From the human T2T-CHM13v2.0 reference genome, Homo sapiens, in assembly GCF_009914755.1 (NCBI RefSeq), contig NC_060947.1: 64,000 nucleotides of DNA; one strand, 5' to 3'. Numbering within the stretch: position 1 is the first letter of the stretch; each line of letters starts with the position of its first letter. The translations under genes and the position numbers were made by a program. A model generated the notes under the pieces. That model did no database searches, was not told the DNA's origin, and worked only from the letters and a program-made list of their open reading frames with translations. This document shows, in pieces, positions 1-11,950 of this stretch.

Positions 1-459
1 GCTACCACAGCACTTTGATGCCAGCTGGAGCCCTGTTGCAGCTGGTATAAGGAAACTAAGTGAGGAGTCCACAGGTTGATGGGAGAGTCATGGCCAGGGC
101 CTCTGCCTGCTAAATTGCCTCCCCCACCAACTTTCCCCTCCCCACCCAATCCACTGAATATCAGCCCTGGATAGGTGTCTGGGCCAGGTCTGCCAGCCCT
201 GGATTGGAGGGAAATAGAGAACTGCAGATAAAGGGATATTTGTGAGATTTTAGTCTCCTTTTACTTGTTCTTCTTGTGGGAGCATATGATGCCTTGTAAA
301 GATGAATGAGTACAGTAGTTCTGCTCAGGCTGTGGGCTCCTAACTGCCAAGGGAGCTCTGCTCTGAGGGCAGGACCACCCAATCAAACAGGCTTCTCCTT
401 GCTTCTGATCCAAACCCACTGGGAAAACAGAGGAACAGATGGCTAGATTGGTGGATGAA

Positions 460-492
460 CACACGTGTGTGTGCGTGCGTGCACGCAAGCAT

Positions 493-543
<51 letters not shown>
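460..543. repeat. Alternating purine-pyrimidine tract ending in a (CA)n microsatellite
   Basis: GT/GC alternation at 460-495 followed by a pure CA run at ~497-543. Confidence 0.95.
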
Positions 544-546
<3 letters not shown>

Positions 547-1007
547 CATAGTCTGTCAATCAGCGGCCTCCAGCACTTCCCTGCTAAAGATTTCTGTTTT
601 GATTTCTGTAAAGTCTTCTGATTGCAGATTTGAGGCAGGGGTGGTGGTTGGTGGCTAAGAAGTAGGCAGGTGTCCAGAGTGGAAAATGCTTATGCAGGTG
701 AAGGATTGAGAAGAGAGAATGCAAGTCACTGACTAGGGTAGTTTGTATGTTTACTACCCTTCTGATGGAAAAACCCATTTAAGGCAGAAAGAAGAGGGCA
801 TGATGGCAACAACTGGCTTAGGAGTCAACCAGGTAAGTGTCAAGATCTCTCAATTTGGAGATTCTTCTACAGTCTGTACTCACTGTTTGTCTCCTAAGTT
901 TTGTCATTGGTTTATACATTTCTTCCTTCAGTAATTGTTCTCTTTATCATCCCACTTCTAACCTAGACCCAAGCAAGTTGGTTTCAGAAACTGAAGTACC
1001 CAGAGGA

Positions 1008-1455
<448 letters not shown>

Positions 1456-1859
1456 TGAAATTGCAGAGAATGCAGATATGATTAATAAAGTGAGTGTTGT
1501 TCCATATTCATCTCGTCACCTACAGTCGAGCTGTAATCTTTCTAATATGTAGAGAAATCACTCACTGACAGAGGAAAAAGAGGGGGTTCTTTAAACAGAC
1601 CCACTAGTCCGCTGCTGCCACACAGTTTAGTGTCCGTCACCTGCAAAGTCCAAACCAGCATTGGCTGTTGGGTCTGCTTTCTTTTCTTCCCCCGACCCGC
1701 TTTAGAGATTTCCACACTTAGTCTAAATATAGCTTGTCCTGCTTTGGAAATCTAGGTGATTGCTGGAAATGATGAAGTCTGGCCTTTAACCGGAGCTCCA
1801 GTTGCATTTCATTATTAACTTTAAGGACATTTTCTCTTTGGAGTTTACCATCATTTTAA

Positions 1860-2367
1860 ATTCATCACATCTAGAAGCAAACTCAGGATCTCCTCTCCAA
1901 CCTTACCCTCCACGCTGAAAGCTCCTGCCCCTCTTCAGCAGGCTGTATCTCTCTATCAATGACACCATCACTCTTTTGATAGCCCAAGGCCTGAGACTTG
2001 GAATCAATCACTCCCTCCCCACTCCAGTCAGTCACCACAGTTCATCTCTTGGCAGTTCATCTCTCACAGGTGCCCCACGAATCCACCCCCTCTTGACCAT
2101 TCCCACAGCCACCATCATAGCCCAAGCTCTCATTACCTCATGCTTAGATTACTGCAGCAGCCTCCTAACTGGTCTCTCTGCATTCAGCCTCCCCATCAGC
2201 GCCAAGTGATCCTTCAACGCTGCTGCCAGAGGAATCTCCTTAAAACATCTTTCATCGTGTCAGTCCCTGCTCAAGAACCTATAATAGTGCCCTTTTGCTT
2301 ACTATATCAAATAGAAGCTCCTCCTCCTGGTATATGAGGCCTGCCTTCCACAACAGCTGGAATTCAT

Positions 2368-2426
<59 letters not shown>

Positions 2427-2990
2427 GTGTGTGTGTGTCTGTGTGTCTGTCTGTGTGTATCCCTCTGCCCCACTTCCCAATGCCCAGACTCCCCTAGCCT
2501 CCTTACTCTCCCTGTCCACTGTACCCCACTTGGTGCTTACTCTTATCCCTGCAGTCATTTTTTTTTTCTTCCCCCAGCCTGCAGTGGCCCCCTTTGCTCC
2601 ATCTCTGGAAATCCTTCCATCGTATCCTCTAACCAACAAGCTCAAGTCCAGCCTCTGCTATGAAGACTTCCTGATTATTCTAGCTCTCATTGGCTGCCCC
2701 CGTTTTTAAAATTATAATTTTTCCCTTATCATAAAAGTAATATCTATGCATAGTAGAAAACTTTGAGAATACAGAAAAATATAGAGGAAAAAAAAGCACC
2801 CAATTCCACCTCTTCCTTTTTGGAATCTGAACAGTCTTTCCACCACAATTCAACACTTGATCCCACCATCTCACATTACTTTAATTTTTCTTTCTCCCCA
2901 GCTAGAGAGTGAACTCTTCAGGGGCCTCTTTCATCAAGGTATCCTCCAGGCCTGATCCAGACACACATTGCAGGGGCTCAACAAACACTA
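1860..2990 (+). mobile_element. L2 LINE 3' fragment, interrupted by a microsatellite and a probable old L1 piece (~2700-2800)
   Basis: L2 hallmarks GATTACTGCAGCAGCCTCCTAACTGGTCTC and GCTGCCAGAGGAATCTCCTTAAAAC; boundaries approximate. Confidence 0.75.
2368..2460. repeat. (TACATA)n hexamer microsatellite followed by a (TG)n/(TCTG) tract
   Basis: Pure TACATA array at 2368-2426, then a GT-rich tract. Confidence 0.95.
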
Positions 2991-3849
2991 ATTAGTAGAG
3001 GAAGGGGAGATGAACTGTACATCATCCAGGCTGTATCTTCCGCACCCTCCACCATGGCCTAGGGTAGAGGGGTGCATGTTTCAGCATCAGAGCTTGGGGC
3101 TTCATGCCCCACACAGCCAATGGCTCTGTTACTTCCTCTTCCAGGTGAGGAATGATGCACCTGGAGAGAAGGGAATGCACATCAAGAGAGGGCTGAAAGC
3201 TTAGGGTGCAAAATGCCCTGGAATTCTGCTGACTCTGATGACACAATCCCCTTGCCATGCTAGATTTTTACCCCTTTAGGAAGCCCCTGGAAACGTTAAT
3301 TCATCCTGGTGGCCAGAATCAGCTTTTCCTAATATTTTGGCATTAACTGGCAAGAATCCACAGTTGCCCCCTTTGCCCATCATATTAAAGGGAAATCTCT
3401 CATCTGGGTCTTTGCAGACCACCTGCCAGTTCATTTGCCTTCTCTGTTTCTCACTAAAGTATTTCTCCTGATTTCACCAACTAATGCCTTCACTTTAACC
3501 AAGCCAGCCAATGTACCATCTCCTCAAAAACTGAATTTCAGTTATCTGCTGTCTGCCACCACCCCCACAACCTCAGCTCCAGGCGCAGCTCAGGGTAGTC
3601 CTTCTTCCATAAATACTGTCCCTATTTTTCTCCACCACTGAGGTTTGTGACCCCCAGCAACATGATCTGCCATTGACCTCACACTCAGTGTGCAATCTTC
3701 TGGATGCTTGTGTAATTATTTTGTTTTAAAATATTAATATGTACTTGCTATTATATGATCATATCAAAGTGTTCCCCAGCTATTTCCCATTTGGGTTTTA
3801 TAAAAAGCATTAGACAGAGCATGTACTCTGGAGTCAGCCTTACCATTTT

Positions 3850-4015
3850 GTGTATTTCATATTTGAATACACATTTTTAACATTTCTGAAACTGGAATAC
3901 TTCTATGATCCATGGTTCATTGTAGTTTAATTGGCAGCATTTCTTCTTTGTTAGGGAAATCTGAGAAAATGTTGCCTCTTACAGTTGATAGCATCTTAGA
4001 GTCAATGAAATGCAG
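3850..4015. mobile_element. MER104-like Tc2/mariner non-autonomous DNA transposon, nested in a MIR
   Basis: Terminal inverted repeats TGTATTTCAT...ATGAAATGCAG followed by TA; internal TAGTTTAATTGGCAGCATTT matches recalled MER104. Confidence 0.75.
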
Positions 4016-4016
4016 T

Positions 4017-4185
4017 ACTAAGTTACTTAACCTCTCTGAGACCCAGTTCCTTTATCTGCAAAATACCTATTTCAGGAGGCTATTGTTGCGAGAACTCAAA
4101 GATAATATTTCTATAGCACTCAGCACAGGGCTAAGTGCTATACTTCCCACTTTGGTAGAGGCTCAATAAATGTTAGCAATTGTAA
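4017..4185 (+). mobile_element. MIR SINE (3' part; 5' part at ~3810-3848)
   Basis: AAGTTACTTAACCTCTCTGAG...CAGTTCCTTTATCTGCAAAAT core. Confidence 0.75.
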
Positions 4186-4694
4186 TCCCCCCACTATATT
4201 AACTGTAAACCCCACAAGGGCAGGAACATGTTGTTTCCTCTTCTAGCAGATGGTCTGATATGAAGGATGGAAAATGGTTCCCATTCTAAAAATGTCTCCT
4301 TGCTGGACTGCCAAACAGACAAAATTTCAATATTAATCACTCCTTTGAGTTAAGGCATTATCTCCAGAAGACCTCTGTTAAAATGCAAATATGTCACTTG
4401 GGAAGGTAACACATTAATTCATTAGCATTTCTGATCCCATTAGTGCAGATTAGTTTATCAGATTAACTAGCTGTCACCAAGCAAACCCTGAGAGCCCTAG
4501 TATGGGGGATGGTAAGATGTGATGATTTCAGGTGGAAGTGGAGCTAGGGGACCAGGTAGTCCTGAGTTTGGGGCCACCTCTAATCTAATCTTGCCTTTTG
4601 GGATTTGTTTGTAGGTAAGATTGTGGCTCTTTTCTGTGATAAACTAGAAAGGGTCTCAGTGACATAGACAAAAACATGTGGGTGGGAGGAAATG

Positions 4695-5260
4695 CAAAGC
4701 TGGAAGGGATGTTGGACCTTAGAGATCATCTAATCCACTCTCCCCCTCAAATTTTTAACTCTCATCATCAAGGCATTCACTGCCTCCCAAGGTAGCCCAT
4801 CCTGTTGAACAACTCTAATTAGCACATTTTTTGATATTGAGCTGATAGCAATCTTATACTTCTTTCCTCCTTCCTGTTGGCAGCCCCTTTAAAATATCTG
4901 AATATAGCTATCACGTTCCCTCAAGTCTATCTTTTGACTTTTATTTTATTTCATTTATTTATTTATTTTGTTTTTTTTTGCTAAATCTACCCAGTTTGCT
5001 CAGTGATTCCTTTTGTGATATGGTTCCACAGCTAAGCTTCTTAACCTGGGGTTCCGTGAACCTCCTGAAATTTTATGTAGAATGTTGGCTTGTATCTCCA
5101 TGTCTAGAAAATGTCCTAGCCTATTGACCCACTAGCATATTAGTCACTTTCCTTTGGCAACACTCCAATTTGTAAGGCTGCCTCTTAGGGGTCCTTTCCA
5201 GAACTGAGCACAGTACTCCTGGAGTACTCAGAGTAGCACAGAGTACAGTAGCCAGAGTGC
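4695..5260 (-). mobile_element. L3/CR1 LINE fragments (ancient)
   Basis: GGCATTCACTGCCTCCCAAGGTAGCCCATCC and GAACTGAGCACAGTACTCC resemble the CR1/L3 3' end; highly diverged. Confidence 0.5.
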
Positions 5261-5799
5261 TTTTATTAGCTGCCTGATGTTGCACAGTTCTCAACTTTGC
5301 AGAGTTCTCAATTTAATGGATGAGAACTTCCTGTTCTTAGGTAGCTGACGCTTCCCAAGATTAGGTCACCTGATTCAAAAGAACACCTTGGTGTCCACCC
5401 TGCTCAGTTCACCAGGTTGATGAGCATCTCAGCTATTTTAAGGGGAGCTACTGGAGGTCACTTTTGGGGACCTATCTGGTCAGGACACTTAATAAGCTGG
5501 CAGAGAAGCAGTGTGACTGAGTACAGCCCTCAAGTTCTCTCCAATGCCTCCCATTTTTCTAATACCGTGCACAATAAAGAAGTGACTCGTTCATGCACAT
5601 ATATGGGAGAACCCAGAGAGAGGACCAGTGCTCCCAGCTAGTCTTTCTTGAGGCATCATGCCCAATGGGGTTTAGAGAATGGAGTTTGGGGGATTGGTGG
5701 TGTCAGTGAAGAACAAAGTCACAAATGGCAAATGATTCAGGAAGGACCTGATTCATCTATCAAACATGAGTGTATCAACGTGAGAAATAGACATGTCTA

Positions 5800-6097
5800 G
5801 GCTGGGTGCGGTGGCTCACACCTATAATCCCAGCACTTTGGGAGGTCAAGGCGGGCAAATCACTGTATGTCAGGAGTTTGAGATCAGCCTGGCCAATGTG
5901 ACAAAACCCCTCTCTACAAAAAATACAAAAATTAACCAGGAATAGTAGTGCGTACCTGTAATCCCGGCTACTCAGGAGGCTGAGGGAGGAGAATGACTTG
6001 AACCCAGGAAGCGGAGGTTGCAGTGAGCCAAGATTGTACCACTGCACTCAGCCTGGGTGACAGAGTGATACAGTGTCTAAAAAAAGAAAAAGAAAAA
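5800..6097 (+). mobile_element. Alu SINE, AluS-like
   Basis: Full dimer with A tail; TSD AGAAATAGA(C/T)ATGTCT at 5783-5798 and 6098-6113. Confidence 0.95.
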
Positions 6098-6451
6098 AGA
6101 AATAGATATGTCTTGAGATAGGCTCTCCTCTATTCCCTCCACACTACTCTCCCAGACACAGCACACACAAAAAAAGTATTAAAGACATTTGGGACTGTAT
6201 GAGATTGGAGCAGGCCAATTGGTAAGTGACAACCACCTATAATGTGTGGCACAAAACAGCCAGGTCACCAGGGTCCTCTGGTCATTTATATCTTCCCTAT
6301 GGCCTGGTGGTTGATCCAGTCTAACCATCACTGCCTTCTCTAACTGTAAGGGTGCCTGACTTTCCCACCATTACAGTCACTGTTTAAAGTTTAAATATTA
6401 AGGACTGTTATGAAATGCAACTAAGTTATCTGAGAGGGAAAATACATCAAA

Positions 6452-6662
6452 TAAAATACTGGTCCTTTAAGCTGCTCTACCAAAAAAAAAAAGAAAAAAA
6501 AAATCCGTGGCTGGCCAAATAAGTTTGAGAAATGCTGTATACCTACCTCTCTTAGAGCTTTGTAATGCACATTAGCATATGAAAGGCTCTGAGAAGTTTT
6601 GCAGTAGAGAAACTTGCTAAAAACATAGTTTTGTGGCTTCCAATACTTATTTGACTATAGGT
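6452..6662. mobile_element. hAT-Charlie DNA transposon fragment (Charlie4-like)
   Basis: CAAATAAGTTTGAGAAATGCTG...AATGCACATTAGCATATGAAAGGCTCTGAGAAG matches recalled Charlie4a. Confidence 0.65.
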
Positions 6663-7480
6663 CGCCATCTCCTTCTTTTCCTCCTCAAATACACCTTATT
6701 AACAGCCACATAACAGCTGTGGAGAACAAAGCTTTCAGCCATGACCACCATTTCACACCTTGCTGCACAAATGACTCAATGCACCCAACGTTCTGCAGAA
6801 ATGGGACAGGGACAGGTGAATTTTGTTTTGTGGGGAGGTTGTGCAAGACTCTTGGGACAGGGAGAAATCCCTGGGAGTCTGGGAGAGGGGACCTCAAAAT
6901 GGAGATGAGGACCAGACAGGGAATGCTGGAGACCAGCTCCCCCAACCTCACAGTTTTGCCACTGACCAGCCCTGATAGATTCTGTGCTCTCTGCACTGAG
7001 CCAACAGTGAACAGAGTGGAGCAGCTTTGGCCAGGCTAGGACCCTGCAGGGCCGTTTGTGGTCATTGGCTTCTCAGCTGGGGGCTTTCCTCTTTCACTCC
7101 CTGTCCTGCTGCTCTCCACTTCCCTCCCTGGGCCTCTGGTGCATTTTCAATTTCCCAGTCTACTAGTTGATCCATTTCATTTGGGTCTTGTTCTTTCCTT
7201 TTCCCTTCAGTGGGACTGAGAAGGCCTTTGAGTTTGCTGCTGCCAAAGGGAAGAAAGAGAGGATGGAGTGAGAGGAAAGGCAAGGAAAATCACATGGCCT
7301 CTTCTGCAGTGCATGGAGCAAGTCTGTATTTTCCCTGGACCCTCAGAGCAGGAATGGGCCCTTTTATAGTCACCACTGGGCCTTGGGGCAAGGGGTACCA
7401 TAGATTCCTCTGGAAGCAAAGAAAACTCCCACCTTTAGCCAAGAGACTCTAAGAGGAGTTGACATCAGAAAGGCCAAGAA

Positions 7481-7597
7481 AGGACTGACTCTAACACCTC
7501 CCCTCACTGACCACATTCACAGTCCATAGCATTCTGGGAACCAGAAAGACATGAGGCTGGAGTCCAGCTGATATCTGTTGAAATTGAGACAGGTTGG

Positions 7598-7653
<56 letters not shown>

Positions 7654-8008
7654 AAGAGAGAGAAAGTATACATGTCTGAAGGTAAATCTGCAAGGTTGAA
7701 TTTTTCCTGACTGGAGAGGCCTGAGAGACACCCAGAATTTTGCAGGGGTACATCAGGATCACAAGAAGTCACTTGTCAGTGAGGAGAAGTAATACATTCT
7801 TTATAGCGTGATAGCCCTTTTGTCATCAATGAAACAGATAAGCTGTAGGAAGATGGAGCAGAATTGTTTTTTTCCATTTAGTGTGCAAAAGTGTAAATGT
7901 GAGTGTGAGTGTGTGTGTGTGACAGAGAGAGAGTGCAAGCACATGTGTGGTGGCCTCCGAGGACTGACTCCAACACCTCCCCCCACTGACCACGTTCACA
8001 GTCCATAG
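7481..8008 (+). repeat. Pair of 49-bp direct repeats (7481-7529, 7960-8008)
   Basis: 46/49 identical by eye. Confidence 0.9.
7599..7663. repeat. Compound (TG)n(AG)n microsatellite
   Basis: Directly visible. Confidence 0.95.
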
Positions 8009-8944
8009 GCACAGGCTCACCAAGAGACCTAAGCATAGGACTATAGATAAGTAGTCCCTTGCTACTTATAGGGGACTTCCTTTCCCCTCACACCTTATGA
8101 CTACATCACTAAAGGTCTATTTATCATAGTTCCTTTTACATGGAACATCGTGTCTGGCCGATTTCCCCTAGTTTGAATGATTCTAATACCAATGACTCAA
8201 GATCCTCACTAGGCAGTTTATTCTGCTCCCTAACTGCATTAAGGTTAGGAAATGGGTTTTTCCCCCTCTCTCACTAGATTATTTCTGTTTTTAGATGTGA
8301 AGAGTCTAGGCCTCTCTCTCTCTCTCCATTTTTCCTCACCCACACCAAGGTCACTGAGGCCTGCAGTATTATTCCACATTCCTACTCAGACAGAGACTCC
8401 CACAGTTTGCTTTGCAGCCTCAAAATGTCCTAGCCACCCTGCAGTTTAGGTACCGAATGCCAGCTCCTGTTCTAAGACCAAGATTTCCTTAGATTTCCTT
8501 TCCTTCAACATATATTGATGGCCTTCAGCTTTTTCCTGTCTGGTAGGCCCTTCTATCTTTCCTTTTGACTTCTTTGTGGCTTCTCCACTACAAAGACTCT
8601 TCCCATTACCCAGAAACTGCAGAAAACCTGCCAATCTTCCCACTCCCGCATTGGGTTTCTGCAGATCACCTCTTTGGAAAGTTCAAGACTAGAACTTTGT
8701 GCAGTCAAAAAGCCCACCCCTACTCTACTTCTCCCCATCCTAGGCAGTCTATTAAGGCAGGGTGGTGTGGTTAAATGAATGAAAACATTGAGGCATGGGC
8801 AAGAACAATTTTACTCCCCGAAGTATGGTCTCAGGATTTACTAGATGCCATGGAAAACTGAAGACAATAACATAGGCCTTGCCCTTATGAAACTTGTTCT
8901 CTAGCTAGGGAAAAGCACACAAACGAACTTGCAGGTGAAATATT

Positions 8945-9240
8945 TTTTTCATTCAACGAACAAATATTCATTGAGCACCTCCTATGTGCCAGGCTCTGTT
9001 CTAGATGCTGGGGATACAATGGTGAACAGGACAGACAAAATCCCTGCCCTGCTGGAGCATGTGTTTCAATAGGGACACGTGTTTAAAAGTGAACAAATAA
9101 ATAATCACTATTTGTATTGACATGTGCTAGGAAGGAGAGAAACAAGGGGCTGTGCTGAGGAGTAACAGGGAGCTACTTCAGCTAGAGCAGCCAGGAAAGG
9201 CTTCTCTGAAGAGGTGACATTTGAATTAAGAATTGAATGG
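8945..9240 (-). mobile_element. L2 LINE 3' end
   Basis: CATTCAAC..ATTGAGCACCTCCTATGTGCCAGGCTCTGTTCTAGATGCTGGGGATACA. Confidence 0.85.
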
Positions 9241-9781
9241 CCTGAGAACAGTCTACATTGCGTGCCTCAGACTACAGATAGCATCAGATTTCAGAAATAA
9301 GAAAAATGTGGGCAGGAAAAACTGGGGAAGACTTTCGGGAGGAGATGGGGTCTGGCTCAGTGCAGTGCATGAGACAGAGCTTTGGCCACCTGCTTTGCAG
9401 CATTGGCCTCACTTTGGCAAAACTGAGAGATACACCTCCACGTGGGTAGAGGATCCATAGTCTTCTCTTTGGAATTTCACACAACCACTGTAAGAGAAAG
9501 GGTCTTCAACATTTCTCCAGATGATCTGACTATAAAACCCTTTCATATTTCACACCTAATTGTTTCCAACAAACATTGATGATTTTCAGGTGGGAGAAAA
9601 TCAGGAAGATGATATATGGGGAAACCAGGGGATTATTGTAGCTACAGGTAGAAGTTATGTGGTGGAGAATAGAGAAAGATATGTAGAGTGGTGGTGGATT
9701 ATGGTAAGGGTCATGAAGAGGACTTTGGACTTGATCCAGTAGGCATTGAAAAACTGCTGTAGGTTTTTGAGCAAGGAAATG

Positions 9782-10134
9782 TATATTAGTCCATTTTCAC
9801 ACTGCTGATAAAGGCATACCTGAGACTGGGCAATTTACAAAAGAAAGAGGTTTATTGGACTTACAGTTCCACATGGCTGGGGAGGCCTCACAATCATGGC
9901 AAAAGGCAAGGAGAAGCAAGTCACATCTCACGTGGATGGCAGCAGGCAAAGATGGCTTAAAATGGTTTTAAAACCATCGGATCTCATGAGACCCATTCAC
10001 TATCATGAGAACAGCATGAGAAAGACCTGCCCCCATGATTCATTCATCTCCCACTGGGTCCCTCCCACAACATGTGGGAATTATGGGAGCTACAAGATGA
10101 GATTTGGGTGGGGACACAGAGCCAAACCATATCA
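9782..10134 (-). mobile_element. THE1 (THE1B-like) ERVL-MaLR solo LTR
   Basis: TATTAGTCCATTTTCACACTGCTGATAAAG ... GGGGACACAGAGCCAAACCATATCA; perfect 5-bp TSD AAATG at 9777-9781 and 10135-10139. Confidence 0.93.
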
Positions 10135-10227
10135 AAATGAAAGGAAGAAAAGGATAGAAAGAAAGGGCTCTGATACCTCTTGGTAACCAGAATCCTTCCT
10201 TTTGCCCAACACATGTGGACTTCCCAT

Positions 10228-10431
10228 GAGTAATATGGTTATGAGCATGGGCTCAAATCCCAGCTCTGCCACTTAGTGACTGTGAACTTGGACAAGTTGC
10301 TTAACTCCTCTGTGCCTCAGTTTATTCTTCTTTAGAATGGGGTGGTTATGAGGATTAAATGAGTTAATAATTGTGAAGTGCATAGAACAGTGCTTATTTA
10401 GTTAGTACTCAATAAACTTTAGCTATCATTA
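10228..10431 (+). mobile_element. MIR SINE
   Basis: CAAATCCCAGCTCTGCCACTTA...CTCTGTGCCTCAGTTT...GAGGATTAAATGAG. Confidence 0.85.
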
Positions 10432-10779
10432 TCCAAAGAGGAAACTGGTATGAGGAGGGTACAGTCTGGATACTGCCCTTAATTTGTATATTTGGGTCAA
10501 AGTTTGATCATCTGAGGATTCTAAGACACTGTGAACATTGCCTAGGCTTAGGACTCACTGTATGCAAAGTAACGGTGGACACTCTGCCCCAGTAATCGTT
10601 TCTATTAGCCTTCCGCCAGCATCTAAAATCCCCAGTGTTCATTAGTAGCAATCTGAAGACTCAAGTATTTTTAACTGAATTAAGGTCTCCTCTTATCTGG
10701 CAGTAAAAAAAGAGAAATTGAACATTAGATCACCAGCCATTGTCAATTGGGATAAAGCAGAGCTTTGAGGAAATGGATA

Positions 10780-11337
10780 CTATTTCTGTATAACAAATTA
10801 TCCCAACATTTAGCCAATAAACAACAATAAACATCATCTTACAGTTTCTTTGGATCAGGAACTTGGTTATGACTTAGTTGGGTGGTTCTGGCTCAGGGTC
10901 ACTCATGAGGTTGCATTCAAGCTGTGGGTCAAGGTTGCAGTATCTGAAGACTCAACTGGGGCTGACGGATGTGCCTCCAAACTCACTCATGTGGTGCTGG
11001 CAGGCTTCGTTTCCTCACAGGCTGTTGGACTGAGAGTTTCTGTTCCTTGTCATGCCATTTGGGCCTCTCTATTAGGTTGCTCCTCACAACACAGCAGCTT
11101 GCTTTCTGTGGCATGATTGATGAGACAGAGAGAGTGCACACCTAGGCCAGCCCAAGGCAGAAGCCACAGTCTTTTTATAACCTTGTCTTGGAAGTTATAT
11201 CCCATCACTTCTGCCATATTCTATTCATTAGAAGTGAGTTACTAGGTTCAGACCATGCTCAGGGGAGGGGATACACAAGGGTGTGAACATCAGGAGGTGG
11301 GGATTATTTGGCAACATTTTACAGGCTGGCTATCACA
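10780..11337 (-). mobile_element. MLT1 (F/G-like) ERVL-MaLR LTR
   Basis: TAACAAATTATCCCAA...GGGTGGTTCTGGCTCAGGGTC...CATCACTTCTGCCATATTCTATT...GGCTATCACA. Confidence 0.85.
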
Positions 11338-11860
11338 GATGGATAAGTATTGATGGTAGGAGGTAAAAGAAAAGGCCCTAGTGAAATGAAAAATTGGAAT
11401 CTCCTGGCTAATTGGAAGCCAGCATAAATAATTACTGGACTTAGTGGTAGCCAAAAGTGTTGGGTACCTAAAGAGCAAAGAGAGGAACCAAAGGGTGGGT
11501 GGTGGTACCTGGAAGGTATTTGACCCACACCCAGGGTTGCTGAAGTCCTGGGACCCTCCTAAGATCCAAGCTCAAGTTTGTTGTGTAGAGTATCACCTGC
11601 CTTTGCTCAGAAAGCCCAGCGCTATGGGCGTGGCCAGGGAATAAGGAGAAAGCTAGGATGAGGCCCAGGAAGCTCCTTGGCAGCAGAAGCAGTAGAGGGG
11701 AATGCAGGTTCAGCAATTGCGTTTGTTTGCAGTTGGGAAAGTTGTTAATTTTAGCTTCGCACAAGGGGCTGAAGCAGGAGGGTTTGTCATTTATGCTGAG
11801 CTAGCCCTTGGCTGCCTCCCACAGGCCACTGCCGCAGTCGCAGTGTCTGCTCCAAGCCTC

Positions 11861-11950
11861 TTCTTTCCCTTCCTTCCTTCCTTCCTTCTTTCCTTCCTTC
11901 CTTCCTTCCTTCTTTCCTTCCCTCCCTCCCTCCCTTCCTTCCTTCTTTCT
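11861..11950. repeat. (CCTT)n/(CCCT)n tract, derived from the L1 poly(A) tail
   Basis: Lies between the left TSD and the L1 3' end. Confidence 0.9.

Noticed and set aside
261-658. ORFs with CVCV/THTH runs (also at 2279-2709 and 7491-7772)
   Set aside because: Translations of microsatellites, not proteins
5211-5330. Short palindrome AGTACTCC-T-GGAGTACT and AGTTCTCA direct/inverted repeats
   Set aside because: 8-bp arms in or beside a decayed L3 fragment; within chance or slippage expectation
7481-8008. CRISPR-like repeat-spacer reading of the 49-bp direct repeat
   Set aside because: Only two copies, a 430-bp spacer, no cas genes, and human DNA
8446-8643. Lys/Glu-rich minus-strand ORF as an exon or processed pseudogene
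   Set aside because: No recognisable family, no poly(A)/TSD and no convincing donor; explained by purine-rich composition
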